Below are positions 1 through 9,025 of a stretch of DNA of 64,000 nucleotides, piece after piece (within the stretch, counting starts at the first letter, position 1; the number at the start of each line of letters is the position of its first letter). The stretch lies in NCBI GenBank assembly GCA_943359555.1, contig CALRHW010000001.1:2718-66717 (forward strand). The letters run 5' to 3'. The translations under genes were made by a program, and so were the position numbers. The notes under the pieces were generated by a model that was not told where the DNA came from, did not search any database, and was given only the letters and a program-made list of their open reading frames with translations. Source of the DNA: Parcubacteria group bacterium. Lineage in GTDB: Bacteria > Patescibacteriota > Minisyncoccia > Phycocordibacterales > CALRHW01.

Positions 1-1169
1 TCCAAAATCAAACATTCAAAATGCTTTGGCTCGCGCCCGTTTTTGAAATCATCTTCAGTTAAAACGTGAAGGGAATATTGAAAAACTATGTGTTGATAGG
101 GGTGGTATCCGTCAAAAAAAGGAATCGCGTGCGGATAAGTTTCATAGTCCAAAAAATATAGCGGAAATTGAAGAGAGCTCAGCTCAGCTTTGATTGCATA
201 AATATCCCTAATCGGTTCTTTAGATTTGTGGACAGCAACCTGATTTTGTTTTCTGGGTTTACTTTGTTTTTGTCCTTCTTTCGCTTCTTTTATTTTTGGC
301 AACTGATCTTCACGCACTTTTTCAATATGCAAAATCCCTTCATCCAGCAACTCCTTCAACAATTTTTTACTATTTCCAATTCTATTAATGTCGTGAACGC
401 TGTATTCAGGCACATCTTTGTTGATGTATGAAAAAGCTGTGCAATGTGAACTTCTTCCTCTGTAATAGCAAGGACAAGGATGAGTAGGCATTTCTGCGGG
501 TGACAAAAACTCGTGGGCTTCCTCCATTTCAATTAAAACTCTAGGCATTAAAGTATCTATTGTCTCCGTTTTGTCTTCGGTTACAAAAAGTTGATTTTCT
601 GAAAAATCTAAATCCCCCGCTTTTTTATATTTTTTATTTAAGCGAATTAAATATTTATTATTTACCTTCACACCACACATCTCAAAAACATTTGCTTGAA
701 AAGCTAGGTCGTATTCAAATTGTAATTCTCTGCTAGATGATTTTTTAGGTGCGGATTTTTCAGGTTTTTCATCCTCAATTTCACTTTCCTCACTTTCCTC
801 ACCCGCAGTCGTAGAAGACATTTTTATTTCATACATATCATAAGCGTTTGCGCTAGTATTCCATACCAAAATATCTGTCGCTGCTAAGTATTTTTCTGTC
901 GCAAAAACCGCCTGAAAAATAATTGCTGTTTTTTGTGCAACTAGTTTTTTTGTGAGGTCTTGCGCGCCGTCACTTCTTTTTTCTACGAGATAACCATCTG
1001 GAAACATTCCGCGAGCTATTTCTTCCACTTCATTTCCCATTACTGCAAGCGACTTTTCAAAATCAGAAATTTCAAATTTAGAATACTGCGACGGTTCGTG
1101 GATTTTTACCCACACATTATGAGGACAGTTACGATACAATATAAAATCAGTTTTTGTGAGAGGTTTCAT
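1..1169 (-). CDS. PD-(D/E)xK nuclease-family protein with C-terminal Cys cluster (Cas4/RecB-like, DUF83/DUF2779-like); C-terminus runs off the window start
   Basis: Minus-strand translation from the ATG at 1167-1169 is open to position 1, and the start is preceded by AGAGGAT (SD). The protein begins MKPLTKTDFILYRNCPH... It carries a D-x(n)-E-x-K motif (DILVWNTSANAYDMYEIK), an acidic EESEESEIEDEK repeat, and a Cys cluster HPCPCYYRGRSSHC. Confidence 0.55.
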   Translation of the reverse strand, partial: MKPLTKTDFILYRNCPHNVWVKIHEPSQYSKFEISDFEKSLAVMGNEVEEIARGMFPDGYLVEKRSDGAQDLTKKLVAQKTAIIFQAVFATEKYLAATDILVWNTSANAYDMYEIKMSSTTAGEESEESEIEDEKPEKSAPKKSSSRELQFEYDLAFQANVFEMCGVKVNNKYLIRLNKKYKKAGDLDFSENQLFVTEDKTETIDTLMPRVLIEMEEAHEFLSPAEMPTHPCPCYYRGRSSHCTAFSYINKDVPEYSVHDINRIGNSKKLLKELLDEGILHIEKVREDQLPKIKEAKEGQKQSKPRKQNQVAVHKSKEPIRDIYAIKAELSSLQFPLYFLDYETYPHAIPFFDGYHPYQHIVFQYSLHVLTEDDFKNGREPKHFECLIL

Positions 1170-1294
1170 ATCCTCTTATTTTGTTTGAATTTTTAGAGAA
1201 AGTAAAGCACCGGATTGTTTGAAACAACCGATGCTTCATACTTGGCGAGAAACATACGCCCATTTATAGAATCTTTTCATGTAGGGCACTTTCT

Positions 1295-1549
1295 TTATTG
1301 TCTCTCGAGTTTGAAATTTGCCAACGCTTCGTCAGAAAGCTTGCGATTAATTTCATCACTAATTGCGTAAGCAATGCGATGAACTTCAATCTTGGCTTTT
1401 ATAACTGTACGCTTTTTCAACAACTCCGGAGTCCAATCTTTTAGACCTCCGTAATTCTCAATTGACCGCCTTGCTTCTTCACAAAGATTTACCAGCTCTA
1501 GATTCAGCTGGTACAATCTAGCAAGATGATCTTCACTAGATTTACTCAT
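1295..1549 (-). CDS. hypothetical small helical protein (84 aa)
   Basis: ORF preceded by a strong SD (AAGGAGGTGAAA then ATG). No recognisable motifs. Confidence 0.55.
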   Translation of the reverse strand: MSKSSEDHLARLYQLNLELVNLCEEARRSIENYGGLKDWTPELLKKRTVIKAKIEVHRIAYAISDEINRKLSDEALANFKLERQ

Positions 1550-1647
1550 TTTTCACCTCCTTTCTGTGGTAAAAATGATGCGATTTAAAACATGAACATC
1601 ATGTCTTTTTCTGCCCTTTATACTAACATCTTTAAAATGTAGCGCAA

Positions 1648-1872
1648 CTAGAAAGCTCTTTTTATCTCGTCTTGGTATTTCCGCATTACTTCCATGCTAG
1701 CAGAAGTTTGACTCTTGCCATGTTTCATTAGTTGTTGCACCTCTGCACCGATTTTTTGAAATAAATCTGGGTTTTTTTCAATAATCTCAATCATCCTATC
1801 TTGTTGTGCTTCAGGCACATCTTTCATCTTTGCTCGAAGCATCTTTTTCATGAAATAACTTTTTATAGACAT
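1648..1872 (-). CDS. hypothetical small protein (74 aa)
   Basis: ORF with a weak SD (AAAGAG). Lys/Glu-rich helical sequence. Confidence 0.4.
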   Translation of the reverse strand: MSIKSYFMKKMLRAKMKDVPEAQQDRMIEIIEKNPDLFQKIGAEVQQLMKHGKSQTSASMEVMRKYQDEIKRAF

Positions 1873-1881
1873 GGTAATATT

Positions 1882-2703
1882 TTACTCTTTACTTTTTATA
1901 AATTCAAGTGCACCCCACACACCGCCAAGAGCTCCGAGCTCTGCTTTTTTAATAATCGGCACTTTTGGAAAAATCTTCAAAATATTTTTTAGGTGAAACT
2001 CTACTCTATCCACTGGTATTGCGGGATTTCCCACTATCATTGAACCGCCAAGGACAAGAACATCTGGTGACCAAAGAACTATTGTGTTGTGTAAACCATA
2101 AGCAAGCTGAAGCGATAGCTCCTCCCACACCTGCGGGTCGATAATTTCTTTTGCTTTTTTACCAAAACGTTTTTCAAGTGCAGTGCCAGAAACTGTTTGC
2201 TCTAAAGTGATATTTTCTCCACTCTCAAAAGAGAAAATTTCTTGACCCGGCTCAAAACCCACAGATCTTTTATCTATCGTCCCATCTACCACCCTAGCAC
2301 CACCTACGCCGGTGCTCACAGTAATATATTCCATTATAGAAAAACCTTTTCCCGCCCCGTAGTGTGCCTCACCGAGCGCGACAAGGGCTGCGTCATTTTC
2401 AAGAAAAACAGGGACGCCAAGCATTTTTTCTAGACGGTCTTGAAGTGGCTTGTGACACCAATGCATCAGATTTGGTGAAGACATCACACGAGCGCGCTTC
2501 TCATCAAAAACTCCAGGCACTCCTCCACCCGCACATTTTATATTTCCGATTGCACCTAGATGAGTCGCTGCGTCAAAAATCGCATTTACCCCTTCCTCAA
2601 AATGTTGTGGTGTCGTAAAAACTATTGGCTCGCCGATAGTTTTGCCGTCTTTAGAAAAAGCTACTCGCGTATTTGTTCCTCCAATGTCAAACAATAAGTA
2701 CAT
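1882..2703 (-). CDS. ROK-family sugar kinase (glucokinase-like)
   Basis: N-terminal LLFDIGGTNTRVA phosphate-1 motif. ROK-type glycine-rich core and conserved HWCHKP segment. Confidence 0.8.
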   Translation of the reverse strand: MYLLFDIGGTNTRVAFSKDGKTIGEPIVFTTPQHFEEGVNAIFDAATHLGAIGNIKCAGGGVPGVFDEKRARVMSSPNLMHWCHKPLQDRLEKMLGVPVFLENDAALVALGEAHYGAGKGFSIMEYITVSTGVGGARVVDGTIDKRSVGFEPGQEIFSFESGENITLEQTVSGTALEKRFGKKAKEIIDPQVWEELSLQLAYGLHNTIVLWSPDVLVLGGSMIVGNPAIPVDRVEFHLKNILKIFPKVPIIKKAELGALGGVWGALEFIKSKE

Positions 2704-2718
2704 TTTATGAAATTATTT

Positions 2719-3684
2719 TTATGAAATGAGTTTTTTAAATTCTTCTATCATCGGCACTTTTTGTGCTTCTGTGCCATACATTTGTGAAACGTAAAACGCG
2801 GTCCAATCAGCCAAAAGCAAATTGTTAAAAACATTTTCCCAAAAAGACTCGCCTTTTATTTCAATTGTGGAAGTAGGAAATCCTCGCGCCTCTAGCATCT
2901 CTTTTGTTATTTCCATTCGCTTGGTAATTTTGGGATTATTTAACTCGTCTTTCAAAAAAATAAAATGAAAATTGTCGCTGAGCGTTTTGGTCGTAGGAAT
3001 AACGTCAAAGCCCGTCATTTCATTATGATTAAGCTCGGGAAAAATATTATAAAAAGCAGGAATCTTGCCTGTCTCGTTAAATTTTATTTTCCAATTGTAT
3101 GCGAGAGCAATATTTGAGCGTGAAGAATAAATGATAGGTGTTTTTCCACGTAATTTTTCAGCAAGAGCGCGACCAGCGTCTTCTGTTTTTGAAGGATTTA
3201 GGCGAGAACTAAGTGCACGCAAATCTGTAAGCAAATTTGTATTGCCGGTCATTTTTGCAAGAGCGACAAGAGAAAAACCTAGCGCACTTCTTGGCTGAAT
3301 ACCCACTTCAGGTAATCGGATATACGGTAGATTATTTTTTTTCGCAAAATCTATAAGTGAACCACCGAGAGCGATAACCGCGACTGCGTATTTTTGTGCC
3401 AATGCTTTCTGCGCAAAATCAATAACCTCTTCTGTATTACCAGAATATGAACTTGCAATAAAAAGGCTTTTTGCAAATTTTTTATGAGAAAGAGCAGGCA
3501 AGCCGTAATCACGATGAATATACAGATCCAAGTCTGGATTAAACATTTTTAGAAGCTCGCCCGCGAGATGCGAGCCACCCATTCCACCAAGCACAAAACC
3601 TTCGCTAGATTTTAAATACTCGGCGTTTTGGATTTCTGTATCAAAATTAAACTGCGTCGCAAATGTTTTTATCGCTTCTTCCAT
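2719..3684 (-). CDS. pgi: bifunctional phosphoglucose/phosphomannose isomerase (SIS domain)
   Basis: GGMGGSHLAGELL SIS motif and PGI/PMI-family length. The listed ORF extends to 3732, but the likely start is MEEAIKTF at 3684, since the extension overlaps the gdhA 3' end. Confidence 0.75.
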   Translation of the reverse strand: MEEAIKTFATQFNFDTEIQNAEYLKSSEGFVLGGMGGSHLAGELLKMFNPDLDLYIHRDYGLPALSHKKFAKSLFIASSYSGNTEEVIDFAQKALAQKYAVAVIALGGSLIDFAKKNNLPYIRLPEVGIQPRSALGFSLVALAKMTGNTNLLTDLRALSSRLNPSKTEDAGRALAEKLRGKTPIIYSSRSNIALAYNWKIKFNETGKIPAFYNIFPELNHNEMTGFDVIPTTKTLSDNFHFIFLKDELNNPKITKRMEITKEMLEARGFPTSTIEIKGESFWENVFNNLLLADWTAFYVSQMYGTEAQKVPMIEEFKKLIS

Positions 3685-3703
3685 GGTTTTATTATAGCAA
3701 ATT

Positions 3704-4942
3704 TTAATGTTTAGCTTTACCTGCTTCCTCAATACGCTGTGCCGCCAAAATATATGCCGCGTTTCGCATTGTTGTAGAATATTTTTCTTTTACTGCTAGC
3801 ATATCTTTCCACGCAGAAACCATCAAATCATCTAGTTTTTTGAGCACATCTTCTCTATTCCATTTTTCATTGTTCATATTTTGATACCATTCAAAATAAC
3901 TAGTCGCGACTCCGCCACTATTTGCAAGGATATCTGGAATAACGATGACTCCATTTTTTGCAAAAATTTCATCGGACTCAGGAGTCGTCGGACCGTTTGC
4001 CATTTCTACGATAATTTTTGCAGATATTTGTTCTGCATTTTCTGATGTCAGTACATTTTCAAGTGCAGACGGCACCAAAATATCCACCGAGAGTAAAAGC
4101 AACTCCGCATTTGTGATATTTTTTGTACCAACCAAACCAGAGAGAGTCCCAGTATTTTTTTTGTGAGCGATTGCGAGCGCGAGTTCAATTCCATTTTCAT
4201 TATAAACTCCACCTCTGCTATCAGAGAGAGCCACTACTTTTAAACCTTGTTTTATCATACTCTCTGCAAAATATGTAGCGACATTTCCAAAACCTTGGAT
4301 AGCAACTGTTGCAGAAGCTGAAATCATTCCTGCTTTTAGAGCTTCTCTCACTATCACTCCTCCACCAAAACCTGTGGCTTCTGTTCTTCCTTCACTTCCG
4401 CCATTTGAAATAGCTTTTCCTGTAAATGTTGCGGGTGCTTTTTTTCCTGTGATTTTTTCATACTCATCTAGCATGAAACCCATAATTTTTTCACCAGTGT
4501 TTACATCTGGTGCGGGCACGTCCATTTCAGGTCCAAGCACTGGATACATTTTTTTTATATATCCGCGGGAAATATTTTCAATTTCTTTTTCAGATAAAAT
4601 TTTTGGGTCTACAATCACGCCACCTTTTCCGCCTCCAAACGGCACGTTTACTACCGCACATTTAAAAGTCATCCAAAAACTAAGAGCGCGCACCTCATCT
4701 AAATTTACGTCTGGATGAAAACGTATTCCTCCTTTATATGCTCCGCGTGCGTTATTGTGCTGACTTCTAAAACCTTGAAAAATATGTTGACTTCCGTCAT
4801 CCATAGTTACTGGAATACTCACTTCTATATATCTATCGGGAGTTTTCATTCTCTCTAAAAAATCTTGGTCAAGCTCTGCGATTTTTCCTGCTTTTTCCAA
4901 TTGGTCTATCGCATTTTTAAATGGATTTGTTTGATTTTGCAT
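3704..4942 (-). CDS. gdhA: NAD(P)-glutamate dehydrogenase (Glu/Leu/Phe/Val dehydrogenase family)
   Basis: The FGGGKGG motif sits in VNVPFGGGKGGVIVDPK. Full-length GDH with the characteristic N-terminus MQNQTNPFKNAIDQL. Confidence 0.9.
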   Translation of the reverse strand: MQNQTNPFKNAIDQLEKAGKIAELDQDFLERMKTPDRYIEVSIPVTMDDGSQHIFQGFRSQHNNARGAYKGGIRFHPDVNLDEVRALSFWMTFKCAVVNVPFGGGKGGVIVDPKILSEKEIENISRGYIKKMYPVLGPEMDVPAPDVNTGEKIMGFMLDEYEKITGKKAPATFTGKAISNGGSEGRTEATGFGGGVIVREALKAGMISASATVAIQGFGNVATYFAESMIKQGLKVVALSDSRGGVYNENGIELALAIAHKKNTGTLSGLVGTKNITNAELLLLSVDILVPSALENVLTSENAEQISAKIIVEMANGPTTPESDEIFAKNGVIVIPDILANSGGVATSYFEWYQNMNNEKWNREDVLKKLDDLMVSAWKDMLAVKEKYSTTMRNAAYILAAQRIEEAGKAKH

Positions 4943-4962
4943 TTTGTAAGTATATGTTAAAA

Positions 4963-4987
4963 GCGGGGGTCTTGGTAGACCTCCCGC
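4963..4987 (-). terminator. intrinsic terminator/attenuator hairpin immediately upstream of the gdhA start
   Basis: The minus strand reads GCGGGAGGTC-TACCAA-GACCCCCGC followed by TTTT, then 16 nt to the gdhA ATG. Confidence 0.5.
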
Positions 4988-5383
4988 TATTCATTCAAAC
5001 AACCATCAAATAATTCTACGACGCCGTAGAAACTCCATGAAGGATGAGTGCCTCGGTCTCGAAGTCAGAACTCTTGGCTCAATCATTATAGCTCCATCAA
5101 TAATAGTGCGATGCTTGTTTGAGTAATGCTGTGGTCGCCAGTCTCGACGGGTATCGTCTTGATCTCCATTTCTTTCTCGTGAATTTTGTCTCGTGCCTGA
5201 CATTCGTTTAATCTCCATATTGAGTGCTAGGAACGCCTAGAATAAGGACACCTTATTCAGTAAACAGCTCCATACATAAGCCTACACCTAATAATAAAAA
5301 AATCAACACGTTATCAACGCAACTGTGGATTACTTGGCTCGCATCATTTATTATCTTTTTTCAAGTTTTATGTCCGCGGGAGC

Positions 5384-6637
5384 TTATATTTTTGGAATTA
5401 TTTTTTGATTTGTGATTGGTGTCGTAGTAGAAATTATTTTTTCAGCTTCAACCGCGTTAAATAATCCATTTTTGTAAAGTGTAAACGCTACTCCATATTC
5501 TTTTACTTGAAACTGTGTATCTCCAGAATCAACAAATTTTACCGCTTCATCAAGAGTACTTGAAGCAATGGCAATAGAAGTTGTGGAAACTTCTATGTTT
5601 TTATCTATGCTCTGTTTTACTTTGTCAATTTTAGTGACCGCATCTTTTCTTTTGTCCTGAGCTGTAGCTTTTTTCATTTCATTATCGTCAAGTGTTGGAA
5701 TTTTTGCCTCCACTTCTTCACGCACTTGTGCTGTTGTGTTTATGTTTGCTTCAACAGAATCAAGGAGATTGCTCAGTTCTGTCTGACTATCTAATTTATT
5801 GTCCAACACCTTTTCGTTTGCCGTTTTTTCATCTAAGGGCGTAACTGTTTCTTTTACTAACACTACTTCTTCAATAGCAACGTCTGGTTTTATAAAACTA
5901 TTTGTAGAATCATCTGTTACAGAAATAACCGCCACATCTTTTTGCTCTGTGTCACTTTGAACAGATGCGACAGTGGTTTCGTTTTTCGTGCTGGGGCTAG
6001 GTGTCGCAACTATGACCGTCTTCAAACTTGCAGTCTCCGCTTTTTGCGTTCTATCTACTTTTGCAAGAGAAGCACTGTGTTCTTTTAAAGACTCTTCTAG
6101 ATTTTTACTTACATCTATCGCCATTTTTAAATCATTATTTGCTTCTATTCTAGCGATTTGCTGTTGAACACTTTTTACATGTTTATTAAAATTTTCTTGA
6201 ATTATGTTTTTTGACGTGGTATCAAGCTCGCCCCTTACTGCAAGTTTTTTGGCTTCGTCTAGTCGCTCACCCGCACGTGCAGTATCAAAATATGCTTTTG
6301 ACTGCGCACTAAAAACAAACCAAAAACGCATGTCTTCCGTAGCGAGTTTTATAGAATAAAGAGCATTGTTTGGAAGAGCCGTCTGTGCGAGCAAAGTCGT
6401 TCCTCCGCCGAAAGCGATAACGACAACAAGAGCAAAAGCCACCGCGCGTTGCGAATGAATAAAATATGGAGAAAAAATGGAGAGAAATCTTTGCTGTTGG
6501 GATTTTTGTGGGTGAGATTTTTGCACAGGATTTTCTTTCACATAAAAATCCACATTTTTCCAAATGTTTTGTTTTTCTTCGGTTGAAAGAAGGATTCCTT
6601 TTGCGGATTTTATTATTTTTTTAAATTCGTTATTCAT
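5384..6637 (-). CDS. single-pass membrane protein, putative anti-sigma factor (DUF5667-like by context)
   Basis: Located 17 nt downstream of the ECF sigma gene. It has a cytoplasmic N-terminal ~60 aa, one TM (AVAFALVVVIAFGGGTTLL) and a long coiled-coil/Thr-Ser-rich extracytoplasmic part. Confidence 0.45.
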   Translation of the reverse strand: MNNEFKKIIKSAKGILLSTEEKQNIWKNVDFYVKENPVQKSHPQKSQQQRFLSIFSPYFIHSQRAVAFALVVVIAFGGGTTLLAQTALPNNALYSIKLATEDMRFWFVFSAQSKAYFDTARAGERLDEAKKLAVRGELDTTSKNIIQENFNKHVKSVQQQIARIEANNDLKMAIDVSKNLEESLKEHSASLAKVDRTQKAETASLKTVIVATPSPSTKNETTVASVQSDTEQKDVAVISVTDDSTNSFIKPDVAIEEVVLVKETVTPLDEKTANEKVLDNKLDSQTELSNLLDSVEANINTTAQVREEVEAKIPTLDDNEMKKATAQDKRKDAVTKIDKVKQSIDKNIEVSTTSIAIASSTLDEAVKFVDSGDTQFQVKEYGVAFTLYKNGLFNAVEAEKIISTTTPITNQKIIPKI

Positions 6638-6654
6638 TTCAATTTTGTTTTTTC

Positions 6655-7173
6655 TCAGATGTTTTTCTCGCGGTCATGATATATTTCCTTTAGTTTTTCT
6701 ATCGCCCGATGAATCTTTACTGAAATATTATTTGCGGGTTCATCTAGGATTTCTGCAATTTCTTTAATACTTAATTCCTCCACATATTTCATAAATATTA
6801 GATCACGATACGCTTTTGGAATTTTATCTAAAAGCTTCATCGCTTCGGCGCCGTCTATTTGATTTTCCAAATCCCGTACTGTCGGGGTGTCGTGACTCGT
6901 ATCAAAACCTTCTTCAAAAAGCTCATCAAGCGAAACCGGCTTCTTTTTTCTATAATGATCAATGACGGTGTTGTGGGCTGTTCTATATAAAAAAGCCTTT
7001 ATATTGAGCACTTCTCCGCCCCCTTGAATGTATTGCCAAGTCTTTATAAAAGTGTCCTGAAGCATATCTTTTGCCTCGTCACGGTTTAGAGTCTTGAAAT
7101 AGCAATATCTAAAAAGCGCGTTGGTGTGCTCTTTGTATGCGTCTAAAAATTGTGCTTCTTTTTGATGATCCAT
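6655..7173 (-). CDS. ECF-subfamily RNA polymerase sigma-70 factor
   Basis: Region 2 (LFRYCYF..., FIKTWQYIQ) and region 4 (ELSIKEIAEILDEPANNISVKIHRAIEKLK) are both present. Length 172 aa. Confidence 0.85.
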   Translation of the reverse strand: MDHQKEAQFLDAYKEHTNALFRYCYFKTLNRDEAKDMLQDTFIKTWQYIQGGGEVLNIKAFLYRTAHNTVIDHYRKKKPVSLDELFEEGFDTSHDTPTVRDLENQIDGAEAMKLLDKIPKAYRDLIFMKYVEELSIKEIAEILDEPANNISVKIHRAIEKLKEIYHDREKNI

Positions 7174-7204
7174 AGTTATGACGTGAAAAAAGCCACGGCA
7201 TTAC

Positions 7205-7241
7205 AGGGTATTATACAACATATTCGTAAAAACTCGGCTAT
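7205..7241 (-). promoter_or_regulatory. candidate extended -10 promoter (TTGTATAAT on minus strand) upstream of the ECF sigma gene
   Basis: The reverse complement of 7210-7218 is TTGTATAAT, about 35 nt upstream of the sigma ATG. The -35 is poor. Confidence 0.25.
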
Positions 7242-7275
7242 TTTTTTGGTGGAAATGTAATGAGCGAGATTCCTG

Positions 7276-8226
7276 TTACACCTTAGTCAGAAATTCTTTT
7301 ATATCTTCTGCGGTCTTGAGAGGTAGGGTGATAAAGAAGGTCGTGCCTTTGTGTTCTTCGGATTCAAAGCGAATGGTGCCGTGGTGGGCTTCGATATATT
7401 TCTTGGACATATAGAGGCTAATACCGCTCCCGTTCACGAGCTTATTCCTCGCGTTGCTAGCGCGATAAAATTCTGAAAATATTTTGCTATGCTCACTCTG
7501 TGGAATGCCGATACCTGTATCACTGATCACAATGTTCAAAGTAGTCTCGTCATTATTGACTGTGAGCGAAAAAGACTTGTCCCCCTCCCCCGCATATTGA
7601 ATAGAATTCTCGAGCAGATTCTCTATCACGATGCGTATACGCATAATATCAACTTCCACTTCCTTGCCACTATCAAGGTGAATAGCGCTAGTAAACTGGA
7701 TTCCCTTCCTTTCGTAACCAAAGGTATACTTTTCAACGACTTCTTTAATGACGGCCTCCACCGCGCCGAGCCGCATCTTTTCACGATAAATTGAGAGTTT
7801 CTCTATCTCAAGAAGGCTAACATCAAGTAAATTGACCGAATGCAGCACAGTTTTTTGAGTGGAATATACCACACGGGAGAGTCTATCTTTGTCTTCTTGA
7901 CTAAAAGCAACACCATATTTTTGAAGCACAAAATCAATGACCCAGTTTGTAGAAGTGAGACCTGTGCGCATTTCATGAGCTATAAGAGATACGATTTCAT
8001 TCTTGAGCTTGGTATTGTGCTTGATGAGTTTGATTTTACTATACTCTCGAAAAGCAGCCGAGACAAGCATACCTAAGAGAGAAGCTATAATAAGAAAAAA
8101 AATATCTATCTCGTCATATCCTCTTGAGAGTATCGGTAAGTCAAAAGAGAGGGTGATGTATCCCACGGCAACACCACTGATACCTCCAAGTATATACGAA
8201 ATAATATTCTCAAAATATTCTGACAT
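7276..8226 (-). CDS. sensor histidine kinase (2 TM, HisKA + HATPase_c)
   Basis: The H-box is LIAHEMRTGLTS. The C-terminal region NGSGISLYMSKKYIEAHHGTIRFESEEHKGTTFFITLP matches G1/G2 boxes. Confidence 0.85.
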   Translation of the reverse strand: MSEYFENIISYILGGISGVAVGYITLSFDLPILSRGYDEIDIFFLIIASLLGMLVSAAFREYSKIKLIKHNTKLKNEIVSLIAHEMRTGLTSTNWVIDFVLQKYGVAFSQEDKDRLSRVVYSTQKTVLHSVNLLDVSLLEIEKLSIYREKMRLGAVEAVIKEVVEKYTFGYERKGIQFTSAIHLDSGKEVEVDIMRIRIVIENLLENSIQYAGEGDKSFSLTVNNDETTLNIVISDTGIGIPQSEHSKIFSEFYRASNARNKLVNGSGISLYMSKKYIEAHHGTIRFESEEHKGTTFFITLPLKTAEDIKEFLTKV

Positions 8227-8231
8227 CTAAT

Positions 8232-8909
8232 TTAGATTGTAGCGCTTGGTGCCTCGCGTTGCTTCTTGCGAGCATACATTAGAGTACTAATAATAATGAC
8301 AGGTGCCAGAAAACCAAAAATTGAACTTGTGATCATGGCCCCCGTAATCATGGCACCGTTGGCTATCACGCAACAAGTCACCACGCCCGAACCACCACCC
8401 AAGGCCTTTATCTTTTGCCACCTATTAGCTATGCCGATAGCTTTAAAGATAATGAATCCTCCTACGATGAGACCATTCACCACCAAGTCATACCACAAAG
8501 TAAAGTGCATGAGTTGCATTTCTCGCTCTTTTGTCTGGATGAACCAAATAAAGAGAGCGAGAACCATCATCAATACGACTCGAAACACCGTCTTTCGCGT
8601 TCTCTCGGATAGAGAGCTGAGCGGGAACTTGAGCATGTAAGCAGAACCGATGAATACCGCAAGACCTGCGATATTGCTATAGACCATGTTCATCGTGTGC
8701 ATCTCGAGCCCCATGAAAAACATGCTGATTGCTTGATATATTAAAAACGCAAAAAGCGCGCCGATAAGCTCATTCTTTTCTTGACGCATAGGCTTCCACA
8801 CATACGCCGCGCACAATAGATAAAAAACTCCAGCTGCCATCATCAAAAAAATTTCAAACATCATACCAAACACCATCGGTCCACTAGACTCCATCATCAT
8901 ATGTTCCAT
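8232..8909 (-). CDS. polytopic membrane protein (~6 TM), Met-rich, unknown function
   Basis: Hydrophobic segments throughout and an N-terminus MEHMMMESSGPMVFGMMFEIFLMM. It lies 5 nt upstream of the histidine kinase in the same orientation. Confidence 0.6.
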   Translation of the reverse strand: MEHMMMESSGPMVFGMMFEIFLMMAAGVFYLLCAAYVWKPMRQEKNELIGALFAFLIYQAISMFFMGLEMHTMNMVYSNIAGLAVFIGSAYMLKFPLSSLSERTRKTVFRVVLMMVLALFIWFIQTKEREMQLMHFTLWYDLVVNGLIVGGFIIFKAIGIANRWQKIKALGGGSGVVTCCVIANGAMITGAMITSSIFGFLAPVIIISTLMYARKKQREAPSATI

Positions 8910-9025
8910 ATAAAAATTATGTTAACTAATAAACGTAATAATAAAACTTATTTAAGTTTACCATGTATGTAAAAAACACAATACAATAGCAACAGTGGAT
9001 ATCCACATGCAAAAAGCGTAGATAC

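Noticed and set aside
750-830. Short direct repeat ctttcctcactttcctcac as a possible CRISPR or repeat element
   Set aside because: It is only two 9-nt units and lies inside the nuclease CDS, where it encodes an acidic EESEES stretch. No spacer-repeat periodicity appears anywhere in the window.
5006-5218. 70-codon Arg-rich ORF inside the gdhA leader
   Set aside because: No SD, an extreme composition (RRRRII C-terminus) and overlap with hairpin elements make it unlikely to be a real CDS. It could at most be a leader peptide.
4943-5383. Possibility that the gdhA-upstream spacer encodes tmRNA, RNase P RNA or SRP RNA
   Set aside because: There is no GGGG...CCACCA tRNA-like pairing. There is no GGAAAGTCCGG or ACAGAACCCGGCTTA RNase P motif. 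Resemblance to the 4.5S domain IV is weak. It remains an unclassified leader or ncRNA candidate.
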